Source of the DNA: Spirochaetota bacterium
GTDB lineage: Bacteria; Spirochaetota; UBA4802; UBA5550
Reading direction: 5' to 3'
DNA length: 64,000 nucleotides
Assembly: GCA_963663865.1 (NCBI GenBank)
Contig: OY760686.1
Location: 2,304,001 to 2,368,000 of the forward strand
The notes under the pieces are model-generated. The model was not told the DNA's origin, ran no database searches, and saw only the letters and a program-made list of their open reading frames with translations. The first letter of the stretch is position 1. Each line of letters opens with the position of its first letter. Made by a program: the position numbers and the translations under genes. Positions 1 through 10,017 of the stretch are shown here, one piece after another.

Positions 1-1412
1 TTGATATGGATAAAAATCAGAGAAAAAAGGCTTATGCCGATTCCTGTCCAGAAACTTGCAAGCGCGGCTGCTGCTGTCATTCTCTTTGAATAAAGCGCCC
101 CGACAAACATTGGCAAAAATGATGACGCACATAATCCGAAAAATATCGCTGTTCCCGTTGCAATTATCGCTGTTCCCTCCTGATAGAACAACGGAAGCCC
201 TAAAGCTAACAGCGTCGAAAACATGATCGCCGCAATCATGGCAAGTTTGTTCACTGTCATCGAATCCTTAATCTTTACCTTCAATCCTTTTTCCAGAAAA
301 TCCCGGCCGAAGGCTGAACCCATTGAGTGAAACTGACTTGATAGAGTTGACATGGCAGCCGCCAAAAGCGTAATCATAAAGAGTGAGGTAAACCACCAGG
401 GCATGGCGTCATTAATAAACAAGGGGATAATAGCATCAGTCTTTTTATCTGCAGCCATAAGAGCTATTTTCCCGGTATGCTCAAAAAAATAGACGTTGGC
501 AAGAGCCCCTACAACAAAAGCGACTCCCGTCATCATCATTATAAATACACCGCCTGCCAGGACAGCCCTGTTAAGCTCATGTCCGCTTTTGACTGTCATG
601 AACCTGACAACAAGCTGCGGCTGAGCCAATACTCCGATACCGACACCAAGCACAATTGTGGTTACTAGCTGCTGCCAGAGAGGCGACAGGAACACCGGCA
701 TTGCCGTCCACCCCTGATGACCGGCACCTCCCCAGGTCTTAACAGCCTCCGGTGCCAGAGAAGTAAGCTTGGCATGCGCTGCGACGATACCGCCTGTGGA
801 AGAATATATCGTTACAAGAAGGATTGTCATACTGACAAACATGATCGTGCCCTGAAAAGCGTCAGTATACATAACACCGCGCATACCCCCCATAATAACA
901 TACATCGCTACAATACCAACAAACACTACAAGGGAAACCTCATAGGGTATAGCGAGTGTCGTTGACATAAACTGAGCCCCGCCCAGAATGATTGCAGCGG
1001 CATATAAGGGCATTGCCAGAAAAATCAGAAGCCCTCCGGCTGTCTGTAAAAATTGCGAATCAAAGCGCCTTCCAAGCAGTTCAGGAAATGTGTGTGCGTC
1101 AAGATTGTGGCCCATTTTTCGTGTACGCAAACCGAAAAACACAAAGGCTATGAAGATACCCACAAAGATGTTCAGAACCGTCAACCAGAGGACACCCATA
1201 CCGAAAACGGCAGCTGCCCCCCCAAATCCAACGATTGCGGATGTACTGATAAAAGTTGCACCGTAAGATATTGCCATTATCATCGGATGTATTCTGCGAC
1301 CGGCAAGCAAATAATCAGAGGTGCTCTTCGTCCGCTTGTATCCGCGATATCCCAAAAAGGCTATAACCGATAGATAGAGAATGACGATAAAAACGAGAAA
1401 AATCATATTCAT
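1..1412 (-). CDS. Sodium:solute symporter family protein (3' end runs off the window start)
   Basis: Manual translation from the ATG at 1412: MNMIFLVFIVILYLSVIAFLGYRGYKRTKSTSDYLLAGR..., a typical SSS N-terminus; similar to the SSS at 57441; ATGA overlap with the upstream small ORF. Confidence 0.9.
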   Translation of the reverse strand, partial: MNMIFLVFIVILYLSVIAFLGYRGYKRTKSTSDYLLAGRRIHPMIMAISYGATFISTSAIVGFGGAAAVFGMGVLWLTVLNIFVGIFIAFVFFGLRTRKMGHNLDAHTFPELLGRRFDSQFLQTAGGLLIFLAMPLYAAAIILGGAQFMSTTLAIPYEVSLVVFVGIVAMYVIMGGMRGVMYTDAFQGTIMFVSMTILLVTIYSSTGGIVAAHAKLTSLAPEAVKTWGGAGHQGWTAMPVFLSPLWQQLVTTIVLGVGIGVLAQPQLVVRFMTVKSGHELNRAVLAGGVFIMMMTGVAFVVGALANVYFFEHTGKIALMAADKKTDAIIPLFINDAMPWWFTSLFMITLLAAAMSTLSSQFHSMGSAFGRDFLEKGLKVKIKDSMTVNKLAMIAAIMFSTLLALGLPLFYQEGTAIIATGTAIFFGLCASSFLPMFVGALYSKRMTAAAALASFWTGIGISLFSLIFIHI

Positions 1413-1594
1413 TGTATATCTCCTTCCTTGAGTTCCGGATCATTTTTTTCCCAATTAAGCTCCTCAGTAATTTCAGACTCTTCATCCTCTCTCGGTTTAT
1501 TCCAGTTTAGAATACCGTAGACAACACATACACCCGCGGAGACTATCGTCCCCACATAAGCCAGGGTCACTCCCCAATCCTGAAAACCCAGCAT
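1409..1594 (-). CDS. Small single-TM symporter accessory protein (61 aa)
   Basis: MLGFQDWGVTLAYVGTIVSAGVCVVYGILNWNK plus acidic tail; GGAGGAGG RBS before the ATG at 1594; translationally coupled to the SSS gene. Confidence 0.8.
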   Translation of the reverse strand: MLGFQDWGVTLAYVGTIVSAGVCVVYGILNWNKPREDEESEITEELNWEKNDPELKEGDIQ

Positions 1595-1859
1595 GATAAT
1601 ACCTCCTCCGTTTTTCAAACCATCCTTCAACAGGTGTTTTTCCGGCATTTATATACATTTTTTAGATTATGTCAATCATGGAAAATATTTGAATAATTAA
1701 TTTTACAACCAGCTTTTCGTTACTTCGTTAAGAGGTTAAATTATCACAGGATACATCTTCTGATCATGTGAGCAATCATCCACTAGCAGTAAAGCTGTGG
1801 GCTTTCATAATTAAATTCCGTCACCTGCGACAAAAAACAGCATTTAACACTGTCAAAAC

Positions 1860-2279
1860 CTACTTGTGCCGCATATATACCGGGAAATAAATGAAGACAG
1901 CGATAAGCAGACCGTATAAGGTCGTAAAGAGTGCAACAGGCAGAATGTTTTCCAATGGGACGTTTTGTTGAGCTAAAACACCTGTTATGAAGCCATGTAT
2001 TGAGGAACATATACCCAGGACTATCGTGGAGATTGTTAATCCACCAAAGATTTTTTTCACATTCTGGTTTTTTTCTCTTTCCAGTCTAAATGAAAATATC
2101 TCCTTCAAACCATACAGAAAATCTTTAAAATGCCCCGAACTGAAAGCACATGCAGATATTAGGGACCCGATAAAAACAAAAAAAAGACTGTCCCAATTAA
2201 TAAAATTATGCACACTTCCAGCGAAATATGAATAGATCAGAAATAAACCTGTTATTAAGACAAAAGATAGAAATATCAT
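1860..2279 (-). CDS. Small multi-TM membrane protein, MotA/TolQ-like motifs
   Basis: About four hydrophobic segments; F-I-N-x-x-S-L-x-x-V-x-x-G and VALFTTLYG resemble MotA helices. Confidence 0.6.
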   Translation of the reverse strand: MIFLSFVLITGLFLIYSYFAGSVHNFINWDSLFFVFIGSLISACAFSSGHFKDFLYGLKEIFSFRLEREKNQNVKKIFGGLTISTIVLGICSSIHGFITGVLAQQNVPLENILPVALFTTLYGLLIAVFIYFPVYMRHK

Positions 2280-2315
2280 TACCTGACCTTCATTTTAAAT
2301 TCTGGATGTTATACA

Positions 2316-2690
2316 CTATTTCTCGTCAAATCTAATTGCCCTGGATAGTGTCTTCCGAACGGGACAAGTACGTATGATTTCTTTTATTTGCGATTCAATT
2401 TCAGAAGATATATTTTCACCCTTGATTTCAACGTGATATTCAAAAATTGCATCCGTCATATTATCTCTTCTCAGATTTACTTTCGTTACTACACTGGTAT
2501 CATTAATACTCATTCTATTTAATTCATTTTGGATACTTATGTTAAGACAAGATGCAAATGCAGCCTCCAACAACTCATGCGGTCTAATGTAATTTCCGCT
2601 CCCCCCTTTATCTGTGGTTGTATCAACAAATATTTCATGTTCAACTATTTTGGTCTTGAAACTGTCTCCGGTATTCTCAGTTACTATCAT
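2316..2690 (-). CDS. OsmC family protein
   Basis: GGSG..RPHELLEAAFASC and CPVRKTL, the two conserved Cys motifs. Confidence 0.85.
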   Translation of the reverse strand: MIVTENTGDSFKTKIVEHEIFVDTTTDKGGSGNYIRPHELLEAAFASCLNISIQNELNRMSINDTSVVTKVNLRRDNMTDAIFEYHVEIKGENISSEIESQIKEIIRTCPVRKTLSRAIRFDEK

Positions 2691-2756
2691 TTTATTAGTC
2701 CTTTTTCACTCCACCTGATATCCTCTGTGTTCACGATTTAATCCTTTTTACGATGC

Positions 2757-3118
2757 TTACTTGTTCTGAAAAAACTGAACAGTAAAGCCGTCAGGGTCTT
2801 TGACGAGGAAGTAGCTTCCTCCGGGGACCTCTACCGGGCCCGAGTGAATCTGAATGCCCGAGTCAGTGAACTTATTAATGACGGCTTCAACCGATTCAGC
2901 TTCGAAACCAATTGAGACGGTGTTAACTTGAGCGCTATCGACTGAATCGTTTATAAGCTCAAGAAGGGCCTCTCCTCACCTGGGTTGCCCATGAAGGCTA
3001 TCTCGATCGACGGGCCGGCCTTAAACCTGTTCAGCACCTTAAGCTCTGCCATCTCTGAATAGAACTTAATCGACCTGTCAAGATCGGCGACATGCAAAGT
3101 CGTCCATAAAATCTTCAT
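2757..3118 (-). pseudogene. VOC/glyoxalase family protein with a frameshift near 2970-2977
   Basis: N-half MKILWTTLHVADLDRSIKFY; C-half in another frame EALLELIND...SIGFEAESVE...YFLVKDPDGFTVQFFQNK*; span is 362 nt, not a multiple of 3. Confidence 0.75.
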
Positions 3119-3201
3119 AGTTAATTCTCCGGATTTATTGTTTTTCGTTATACGGCATTTTTTAAAGTCTCTGTCAAGGTTATTCCTAATATTTGTGCGC
3201 A

Positions 3202-4164
3202 TCATTGGACTTCGAATCCCATTTTTTTCAGCATGAATATATCATCACCCGTACTTATCCCGTAAGTAGTTAGCATATCTCCTGTTATGGCCGCGTTAGC
3301 TCCAGAGCGGAAGCACCTCTGCCCTCCGTCCGGCATCAGGCCTCTTCCTCCCGCAAGCCTGATAAAGGCGCAGGGCAGGATAAAGCGGTAAATAGCTACG
3401 GTGCGGCAAACCTCATCGTAAACCGTAACCGCATTGTCCTCAAACGGCGTGCCCGGAATCGGATTGAGCAGATTGACCGGAACGGATACCGCTCCAAGCT
3501 CCCGGAGTTCAAGGGCCATATCAACTCGGTCCTCGATTGTCTCTCCAAGTCCGATTATGCCTCCGCTGCATACCTCGAGACCAGCTTCCCTGGCAGCGCG
3601 TATTGAGGTGAGCTTGTGGTCATAACTGTGAGTTGTGCATATTCGCGGGAAGAACCGGCGTGAGGTTTCAAGGTTATTGTGAATTCTCGTAATTCCGGCC
3701 TCCCTGAGCCTTTCGAACTGCCGCCCGTCAAGAAGCCCGATAGACGCGCAAACCTTGAGTACAGTTTTCGCTTTAACTGTTTCAACAGCGGAACAGATGA
3801 GTTCTATCTCATCATCCGATATTTTTCTTCCCGAAGCAACAATCGAGAAACGGCTTACCCCTTCGTTGTAATTTCTTACGGCTGAATCCACAATCCTTTT
3901 TTCTTCCAGCGGATAGAACTCCACCGCACTGAGATTGCCTGATACCGACTGGGCGCAGAAGCGGCAGTCCTCGCTGCACAGACCGCTTTTTGCGTTTACG
4001 ATGGCGCAAAGTTCAACAGCGCTGCCGCAAAACCGCTCGCGTATTTCATCAGCCGCGCTGCATAGCGCTTCCAGAGGCGCCTCCGCAAGCTCTAATACCT
4101 CTTCCCTGCCGGGATATTCTCCGTCAAGGACCCTGTTTTTAAGATCATCAAGTATTATCACCAC
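3202..4164 (-). CDS. bioB: Biotin synthase
   Basis: Radical SAM motif CSEDCRFCAQS; HNNLETS, VCSGGIIGLGE, RLAGGR, GDMLTT. Confidence 0.95.
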   Translation of the reverse strand: MVIILDDLKNRVLDGEYPGREEVLELAEAPLEALCSAADEIRERFCGSAVELCAIVNAKSGLCSEDCRFCAQSVSGNLSAVEFYPLEEKRIVDSAVRNYNEGVSRFSIVASGRKISDDEIELICSAVETVKAKTVLKVCASIGLLDGRQFERLREAGITRIHNNLETSRRFFPRICTTHSYDHKLTSIRAAREAGLEVCSGGIIGLGETIEDRVDMALELRELGAVSVPVNLLNPIPGTPFEDNAVTVYDEVCRTVAIYRFILPCAFIRLAGGRGLMPDGGQRCFRSGANAAITGDMLTTYGISTGDDIFMLKKMGFEVQ

Positions 4165-4401
4165 AGCTCCAATATGTCATTTATGCTGGTTTTAATTTCC
4201 ACATTTGTTATTCTTAAAAACAAAGCAAATTTTTCAAGATATTATTTCAGCATATCATCTGCCCTGCGATTATTCTTTAGTGTGACCAACAGATGAATCT
4301 AACATATAATTTTTATATTAAACTATTGTTTAAAAAATGTTGACAGTAATAAGTTTTTATTTACAAACAGCTCTATTATTGTAATTACTGGTGGAGGACT
4401 C

Positions 4402-4749
4402 ATGAAATTGCTCTTTAAAAACTCTCAGCTTTTAATTGCAATCGCCTCATTCCTTGCACAGGGATGTTCCAGTACAACCCGAATTAACAGCGTGCCAAAG
4501 GGCGCAAAGGTATACATAGACGATCAGTATAAGGGAGTTACGCCTTACGACTACAGCGACACGAAAATTGTCGGCTCTCCCACAAGGATCAGGCTCGTCA
4601 AAGAGGGTTACGAGGAATTTCATACTACCATTCAGAGAAGTGAAAGCTTTCAGCCATGTGCCTGCGCGGGCGGAGTCGTCTTCCTCGTTCCATTTCTCTG
4701 GATAATGGGCTACAATCCCGACCGCACCTATGAGATGAACAAAGAGTAA
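4402..4749 (+). CDS. PEGA-domain lipoprotein
   Basis: Lipobox AQGC; INSVPKGAKVYIDDQYKGVTP PEGA signature; GGAGG RBS. Confidence 0.8.
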   Translation: MKLLFKNSQLLIAIASFLAQGCSSTTRINSVPKGAKVYIDDQYKGVTPYDYSDTKIVGSPTRIRLVKEGYEEFHTTIQRSESFQPCACAGGVVFLVPFLWIMGYNPDRTYEMNKE

Positions 4750-4780
4750 AAGAACAAATTAAACGGATACAAGGGAATAA

Positions 4781-5848
4781 ATGAAATTCATTCTTCTTTC
4801 CGCCTTTATATCAATCTCGAGCCTGGCGTCAGCGGACGAAATCGTTCTTTCAGGCGGCAAAATAATTCAGTGTGAGATCCGTTCCGTGACAGCAACTGAA
4901 ATATCTTACTCTGAAAGAAACTCTCTTCCAGGCTCGTTCACTACAGTCCCCAGAGAGTCCGTTCGGAAGATTATTTACACTGGCGGAAAGGAAGTTGACG
5001 TTCCCTCACTGGAAAACAACGACGCTGAAAAAATCACCATCCTCCCCATAGAAAAAGAAAAACAACCCGCAACCGAAGACGAAGAAAGCCAAAAGAAAGA
5101 CGAATCGTTTCTAATGAGGATAAGCCTTATCGGAAACCAGGGGACAACCTCAGTCAACATTTTCGACAACAATGACAACCAGATTGCCGACGGTACCGGT
5201 CGGATTTCACAGAGAATTATAAGGACTTCGTTCGACCCGCTGAAAACTGACGTGTTCATAAGCCCGGAGCTGGGATACTTCTTCAGGAAGGTCAGCGTTA
5301 AGGACTATTCGTACAATGTTGAAAGCTCAAATGCCGGGGTCGAAGGCTTTATTCCCGGTATTGTAACATCACCCGAGACTGGGGAGGTCGTTTCGAAGGA
5401 CTCCCTCTCTTCGCTCGCCTATGAAGCAGAATTTCATTCATTCTTTCTCGACATGAAGGCCGGAGCTAACCTTGTCACAAGGGAACCGGGGCTTAAGCTT
5501 TTTTTTAATCCCTACGTTTACGGAAGCATCGCCGAACTCAGAAAGTCGACATTCACCTTCGACTACTTCGCCGGTGAACGCGAGTTTAATTCATCGTTCA
5601 AGTTTGCTTTTTTCAGCTCCTTCGGCTTTGGCTTTGAGGTCGGGTTTTATTATCCGTCAATAAGAACAGGGATTCAGTTCGGCTACGACAGACGCTACAT
5701 AAACAGGTTCAGCATTCCGGACAATGTTGTTTTCATGGAGGTCTACGACGATGAAGAGCTCAACATCAAAAGGACAAGGGAGATGAAGCCGGCCAAAACC
5801 GACATTGTCGCCGACATATTCACATTCTCTGTTTTCTACTGCATTTGA
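4781..5848 (+). CDS. Secreted protein, probable outer-membrane beta-barrel
   Basis: Signal peptide, N-terminal DEIVL domain, alternating aromatic beta strands, aromatic C-terminus. Confidence 0.7.
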   Translation: MKFILLSAFISISSLASADEIVLSGGKIIQCEIRSVTATEISYSERNSLPGSFTTVPRESVRKIIYTGGKEVDVPSLENNDAEKITILPIEKEKQPATEDEESQKKDESFLMRISLIGNQGTTSVNIFDNNDNQIADGTGRISQRIIRTSFDPLKTDVFISPELGYFFRKVSVKDYSYNVESSNAGVEGFIPGIVTSPETGEVVSKDSLSSLAYEAEFHSFFLDMKAGANLVTREPGLKLFFNPYVYGSIAELRKSTFTFDYFAGEREFNSSFKFAFFSSFGFGFEVGFYYPSIRTGIQFGYDRRYINRFSIPDNVVFMEVYDDEELNIKRTREMKPAKTDIVADIFTFSVFYCI

Positions 5849-5851
5849 GGG

Positions 5852-6397
5852 ATGCCGCTTATGACACACAGATATAAGTTACATTTAATTATCGGTTTTC
5901 TTTTTACGTCTCTTGCCCTGGCTTCCTGCGCGGACGACGCGGATTCCGGTTACGCTCCATGCGATCAGCCTCCGGAGCTCACCGTTATAAACAGAAGCAG
6001 CTACGTCATAGACGCGCTTTACCTTCACAGGACCGTGGACTACTCGGGAAGCACATCAATTCTTGAAACACCAATGGACCCGGCCATTCCCGAGTCCATG
6101 ACGTTCACGATTGATTTGAATGACGCCGATTCCCGGTACATAACTTTCATCAGAAAGGATTCCATGGGGGAAGATATCGCCGTGACAACCTTTACGCCTG
6201 TAGAATTTGTCGAATGCGTCAAATACAAGCTGAACCTTCTTGAGCTCGATTTCTTTCTGGAAACATCTGACAACTATAACGGCGATGTTGATCCGGAGAC
6301 CGAGTCTTCGTATACACTTATCAACGAGATTACAGAGAAAAAGACCAGCGGCCTGACATGTTCACCGTCTTCAGCGAGGCAGCCTCATGAAGACTAA
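5852..6397 (+). CDS. Hypothetical lipoprotein
   Basis: Lipobox LASC; LTVINRSSYVIDALYL beta-sandwich-like segment; operonic spacing. Confidence 0.7.
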   Translation: MPLMTHRYKLHLIIGFLFTSLALASCADDADSGYAPCDQPPELTVINRSSYVIDALYLHRTVDYSGSTSILETPMDPAIPESMTFTIDLNDADSRYITFIRKDSMGEDIAVTTFTPVEFVECVKYKLNLLELDFFLETSDNYNGDVDPETESSYTLINEITEKKTSGLTCSPSSARQPHED

Positions 6398-7214
6398 CAT
6401 TACATTCGTAATAATATCGTCTGTCTTCATTCTTCTTGCATCTTCCCTTTCAGCTGATGAGATAGTACTAAAAAGCGGTGAAACAGTAAACGGCAAGATA
6501 TTAAAGATCGGCTCCGAGTTCATTGAATATGATCCTGACGGTACTGTTCCGTTCGGGACCGTACCTGTATCTGAGGTTTCAGAGATAATCTACCTTGACG
6601 GTTCGGCCTTCGTTATTAAGGCACTCAAACCAGAAGAAGCCGGCGATACAAACGTCGACAGGGACGCTTCCGTCTCGAAAGAAGCCCTGAAAAAGCCGGA
6701 GGGAGCAATCGAGTTCGAACTTGGCTTTAACGGATATGTCGGCGCCGGCTTCAGAATAAATCGGACTATCTGGGACGGGCTGACAGCCAATGGAGGTGTA
6801 GGCTACGGAGTCTGGGGAACGCGTTTCTCAGCCGGGCTCCGTTACTGCTTCAATCCCGATCTCTCAGGAATAGCGCTGGGTCTGGGTGCCGCGTACAATA
6901 CCGGAAAGCGAGGTTACAGCAGAGAAACCGATATTATTACCGCCGATGGACTAAAGCTTAAGAATAATGTAATATACGACTACAAGCCGGTTACGGTTGT
7001 GAATCTTACTTTTCTATACAGCTGGAGAATGAACGAATCAACCAGGTTCTACATCGAAACCGGTTATTCATATGCCTTTCAGAGGGACGATTACACGATG
7101 AAATCGTATACATATTCAGGCTTCACATTAACAAAGGAAGAAAAAGATTACATGAATGTCGAACAACCCGGCGGGTTAATTTTTTCGCTCGGCATTGCTA
7201 TTATGTTCCATTGA
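6387..7214 (+). CDS. Secreted probable outer-membrane beta-barrel protein
   Basis: Signal peptide, ADEIVLKSGE N-domain shared with 4781, Gly/aromatic-rich strands. Confidence 0.75.
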   Translation: MKTNITFVIISSVFILLASSLSADEIVLKSGETVNGKILKIGSEFIEYDPDGTVPFGTVPVSEVSEIIYLDGSAFVIKALKPEEAGDTNVDRDASVSKEALKKPEGAIEFELGFNGYVGAGFRINRTIWDGLTANGGVGYGVWGTRFSAGLRYCFNPDLSGIALGLGAAYNTGKRGYSRETDIITADGLKLKNNVIYDYKPVTVVNLTFLYSWRMNESTRFYIETGYSYAFQRDDYTMKSYTYSGFTLTKEEKDYMNVEQPGGLIFSLGIAIMFH

Positions 7215-7558
7215 GAGGTCATCTCTATTTTGGCTTGTTGTATCTGCCGCTATTTATACGTAGCAAACTCCCTCTTACGCTTAAGACGCATATCCTCATT
7301 TTAAGCGCAAGCCTCAGATACTCATTGATGACAGGAAACGGTCTCGACCGGCTCCCCAAGTCAATATTTTATAATCTGCGTGTCACGGTGAGGTAGAGCC
7401 GGCCCAATGTTCCGGCCTTCGGCTTCCCTCCTCATCTTATCATATGTGGAGGCTTTTTTTCCTCTCGCAAAGTTCGCTAAGCACGCGAAGTCCCTGATCT
7501 GCATCTTCATAGGCGGAATTAATAAACTGCAGGCCCCCTTCTTCAAGAACACATCCAA

Positions 7559-7903
7559 TGCGATTTGCATGGATGCAAATCGCCCAGCGCCGACGTTCAG
7601 GATGAACTAGTGCCTAAGCCGCCCAGGAGGGGCAAAAAGGCTTAGGCCTTTTCATCAGGATGATGATAACGGCGCTGAAATAGTTTGGTAACTGCAAATG
7701 CCAAGCCCTTCCGGCGCATGAGGAACGGCTTTTTCCCGCCCCTTTTTGGCCGGTCAAAAAGCGGCAAAAGAAGTGTCCGTGAGCTCCACACAGAAAACAA
7801 TGGTAGGGGACGGTCGAGACCGTCCCGAACAAACACAGAGTCACACTCCCAGTGTAAAAACAGCCGGCAGGCTCCCTGCCAGGAGAGAAGCGTCTCGCGC
7901 AGC
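7559..7903 (+). repeat. Structured dispersed repeat, copy 1 (four GGA-loop hairpins)
   Basis: Blocks shared with 10018-10238, e.g. gcgatttgcatggatgcaaatcgc, tcatcaggatgatga, tttttggccggtcaaaaagcggcaaaagaagtg, gcgtctcgcgcagc. Confidence 0.85.
7803..7826 (+). repeat. GTAG-type REP-like palindrome
   Basis: GTAG followed by gggacggtc-ga-gaccgtccc perfect hairpin. Confidence 0.6.
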
Positions 7904-7936
7904 TGAGCGGGTTAAAGCCTGCGGCAGTCCCGTGTC

Positions 7937-8608
7937 TCAGGTTAGCCTGTTAACTTTAAATGGCTCTCCGTGCCCGGGTATAATTATATCAGAATTTGCT
8001 TTTATGAATTTCATCTGATCAGGAATCGGCGCCTCGCGCCATGTAGAGCCGGGAATTTTCATCTCTTTATAGTATTCTTCATTGAGAAATATATCTCCGA
8101 CAATAGCGTACACATTCCCGCTTATGTTTACAAAGATAGCCATTGATCCGGGTGTATGGCCGGGACAGTGATGCAAGTAAATGGAGTTACCGAGCTTATT
8201 AAAATCGGGAACGGCTTTCGCCTTCATCGGGCCAGTAACACAATTCTCAGTAATTCCAAAAACTGAAGATCCTGAAAGCTCTATTTTTTTATGGTTTTTA
8301 AAGACAAAACTGAGCTTTTCATCTGCATGAAAAATAAAAGTACTGTTTTTAAAAAGGTTACTATGCCCAAAATGATCCGGGTGAAGATGTGTAAAAATAA
8401 CATACAATATGTCAGAGGGAGAAAGACCTGCTTCTGCAAGGCCTTCAACAATGACATCCGGGTCTTCCTGAGGATCTGCGAGGTCAACTAACATATTCAT
8501 TAATCCCATTCTTAATAACGTACAGGAAGGTCTCGTGTCCACCACGCCTTTTTCAAGTGATATATCTATGTTTCCGCTCTTGATTACGGAGAGCTTCAGC
8601 TCAGTCAT
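7937..8608 (-). CDS. MBL-fold metallo-hydrolase
   Basis: THLHPDH, PGHTPGS, GD and PGHG motifs. Confidence 0.9.
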   Translation of the reverse strand: MTELKLSVIKSGNIDISLEKGVVDTRPSCTLLRMGLMNMLVDLADPQEDPDVIVEGLAEAGLSPSDILYVIFTHLHPDHFGHSNLFKNSTFIFHADEKLSFVFKNHKKIELSGSSVFGITENCVTGPMKAKAVPDFNKLGNSIYLHHCPGHTPGSMAIFVNISGNVYAIVGDIFLNEEYYKEMKIPGSTWREAPIPDQMKFIKANSDIIIPGHGEPFKVNRLT

Positions 8609-8682
8609 TGTCGCGCCCCATGACGTAAATGAGTTCTTTCTAAGATACTGCCCGCTTGTGTCAAGGGATTTGATTAAATGCT

Positions 8683-9801
8683 TTATAAAAGCTTATCCGC
8701 CCTTCTCACCAACCACTCGAAGCTGTATCTGAATTCCTTTCTGTTCCACTGAACTGCTGCATATATGAACAGCGCAATGACCGCATAGGCTAACAGGTAA
8801 GCTGTCCAGTAGGGTATTTTTCTGTAATACGATGTGAGTGAAAGAAGCTGTTTGAAAATAAACACATGTGCTATAAACGCTGTCAGTGACATCCTGCCAA
8901 AGAGAACAACGGAATTTACAGACGAGATTGAGCGCCGAAGCTCATAACGGCGGGCAAGAGCTACTACTGGCAACACTATTCCGGCAAGCAGGAAAAACAT
9001 TAACGGCATCATTGGATAAAACGACTCTGGTACGTAGACCAAGCGTTTCAGAATTCCAGAACGTGCATCTATCAATGCTGAAGCAAGTATAATGAGTACA
9101 GTAACGGCTAACGAGACCGCCGAGATTGAGCAGACCTTTCGATATTTTCCTTTTTCAATAATCGGGGCGCAATAGTATCCAAGGATGAACATCCCTGACC
9201 ATGGCAGCAGGGGGAAATGCCCTGACGCTAAAGCAATTCGCAAAACTCCACCGGGCTGCGACATATCACTCATCTCCTTATTGAAGGCGTGAAGCGAGAC
9301 ATTAAAATAATGCTGAGCTAAAATCGCAGCAGCGGTAATTGTGATGACAACGAGGGGAAGCAATTGATGCGGCAACTTTCTTATCAGAGGAACAAAAATC
9401 ATCATAGCACCGATGAGATGAAGCACATACCATGATCCCAAACTAAACCACACGGGACAGATAAGATTTAGAATATATCCGGCAGCAAGAATCATGACAC
9501 CTCGAGTTATGATGCGCGAAGCAGATCCGTTTCCTGTTATAAAAAACCATGCCCCCATTCCGGAGATCATCACAAAGGCCGGGGCAGAAAATCCGCCAAG
9601 AGCATTCATAATCAAGAAAAACAGATTCTGGAATTGATTAATAAATCCATGTCCACTCGTTTTCCAGGCGGGGTCAACAAACCAGATTGAAAAATGCTGT
9701 ATCATCATGAAGATGACAGCGATTCCTTTCAGAAAATCAAGGGATTCAAGACGCTTCACCGGGACAGGATGTTGTTTCATATGGATTTTTATTCTCTTCA
9801 T
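8683..9801 (-). CDS. DUF1624 / HGSNAT-like membrane acyltransferase domain protein
   Basis: RLESLDFLKGIAVIFMMIQH, SAPAF, FPLLPW, GRMSLTAFIAH, FEWLVR. Confidence 0.8.
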   Translation of the reverse strand: MKRIKIHMKQHPVPVKRLESLDFLKGIAVIFMMIQHFSIWFVDPAWKTSGHGFINQFQNLFFLIMNALGGFSAPAFVMISGMGAWFFITGNGSASRIITRGVMILAAGYILNLICPVWFSLGSWYVLHLIGAMMIFVPLIRKLPHQLLPLVVITITAAAILAQHYFNVSLHAFNKEMSDMSQPGGVLRIALASGHFPLLPWSGMFILGYYCAPIIEKGKYRKVCSISAVSLAVTVLIILASALIDARSGILKRLVYVPESFYPMMPLMFFLLAGIVLPVVALARRYELRRSISSVNSVVLFGRMSLTAFIAHVFIFKQLLSLTSYYRKIPYWTAYLLAYAVIALFIYAAVQWNRKEFRYSFEWLVRRADKLL

Positions 9802-10017
9802 TTATGCGGTGTCATAACATATTTTCATTGCACATTTTATTAATACACTTGCTGCTTTTATAGCTGATTAAGTTCTTAATAGCCATTTTATCATTTATCC
9901 CATATTGCCTAATTGATTTACGCAAGAGATTTTTAATGTTGGGGTATAACATAGAACTTAAACATCTAATGAACCCACTAATTTTTTTGCGGGCGGAGGG
10001 CATATCAACTCATTCAG

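Noticed and set aside
7211-7936. Short ORFs in the repeat region (and at 10087-10272)
   Set aside because: They are translations of palindromic repeat DNA, with no RBS or recognisable protein features.
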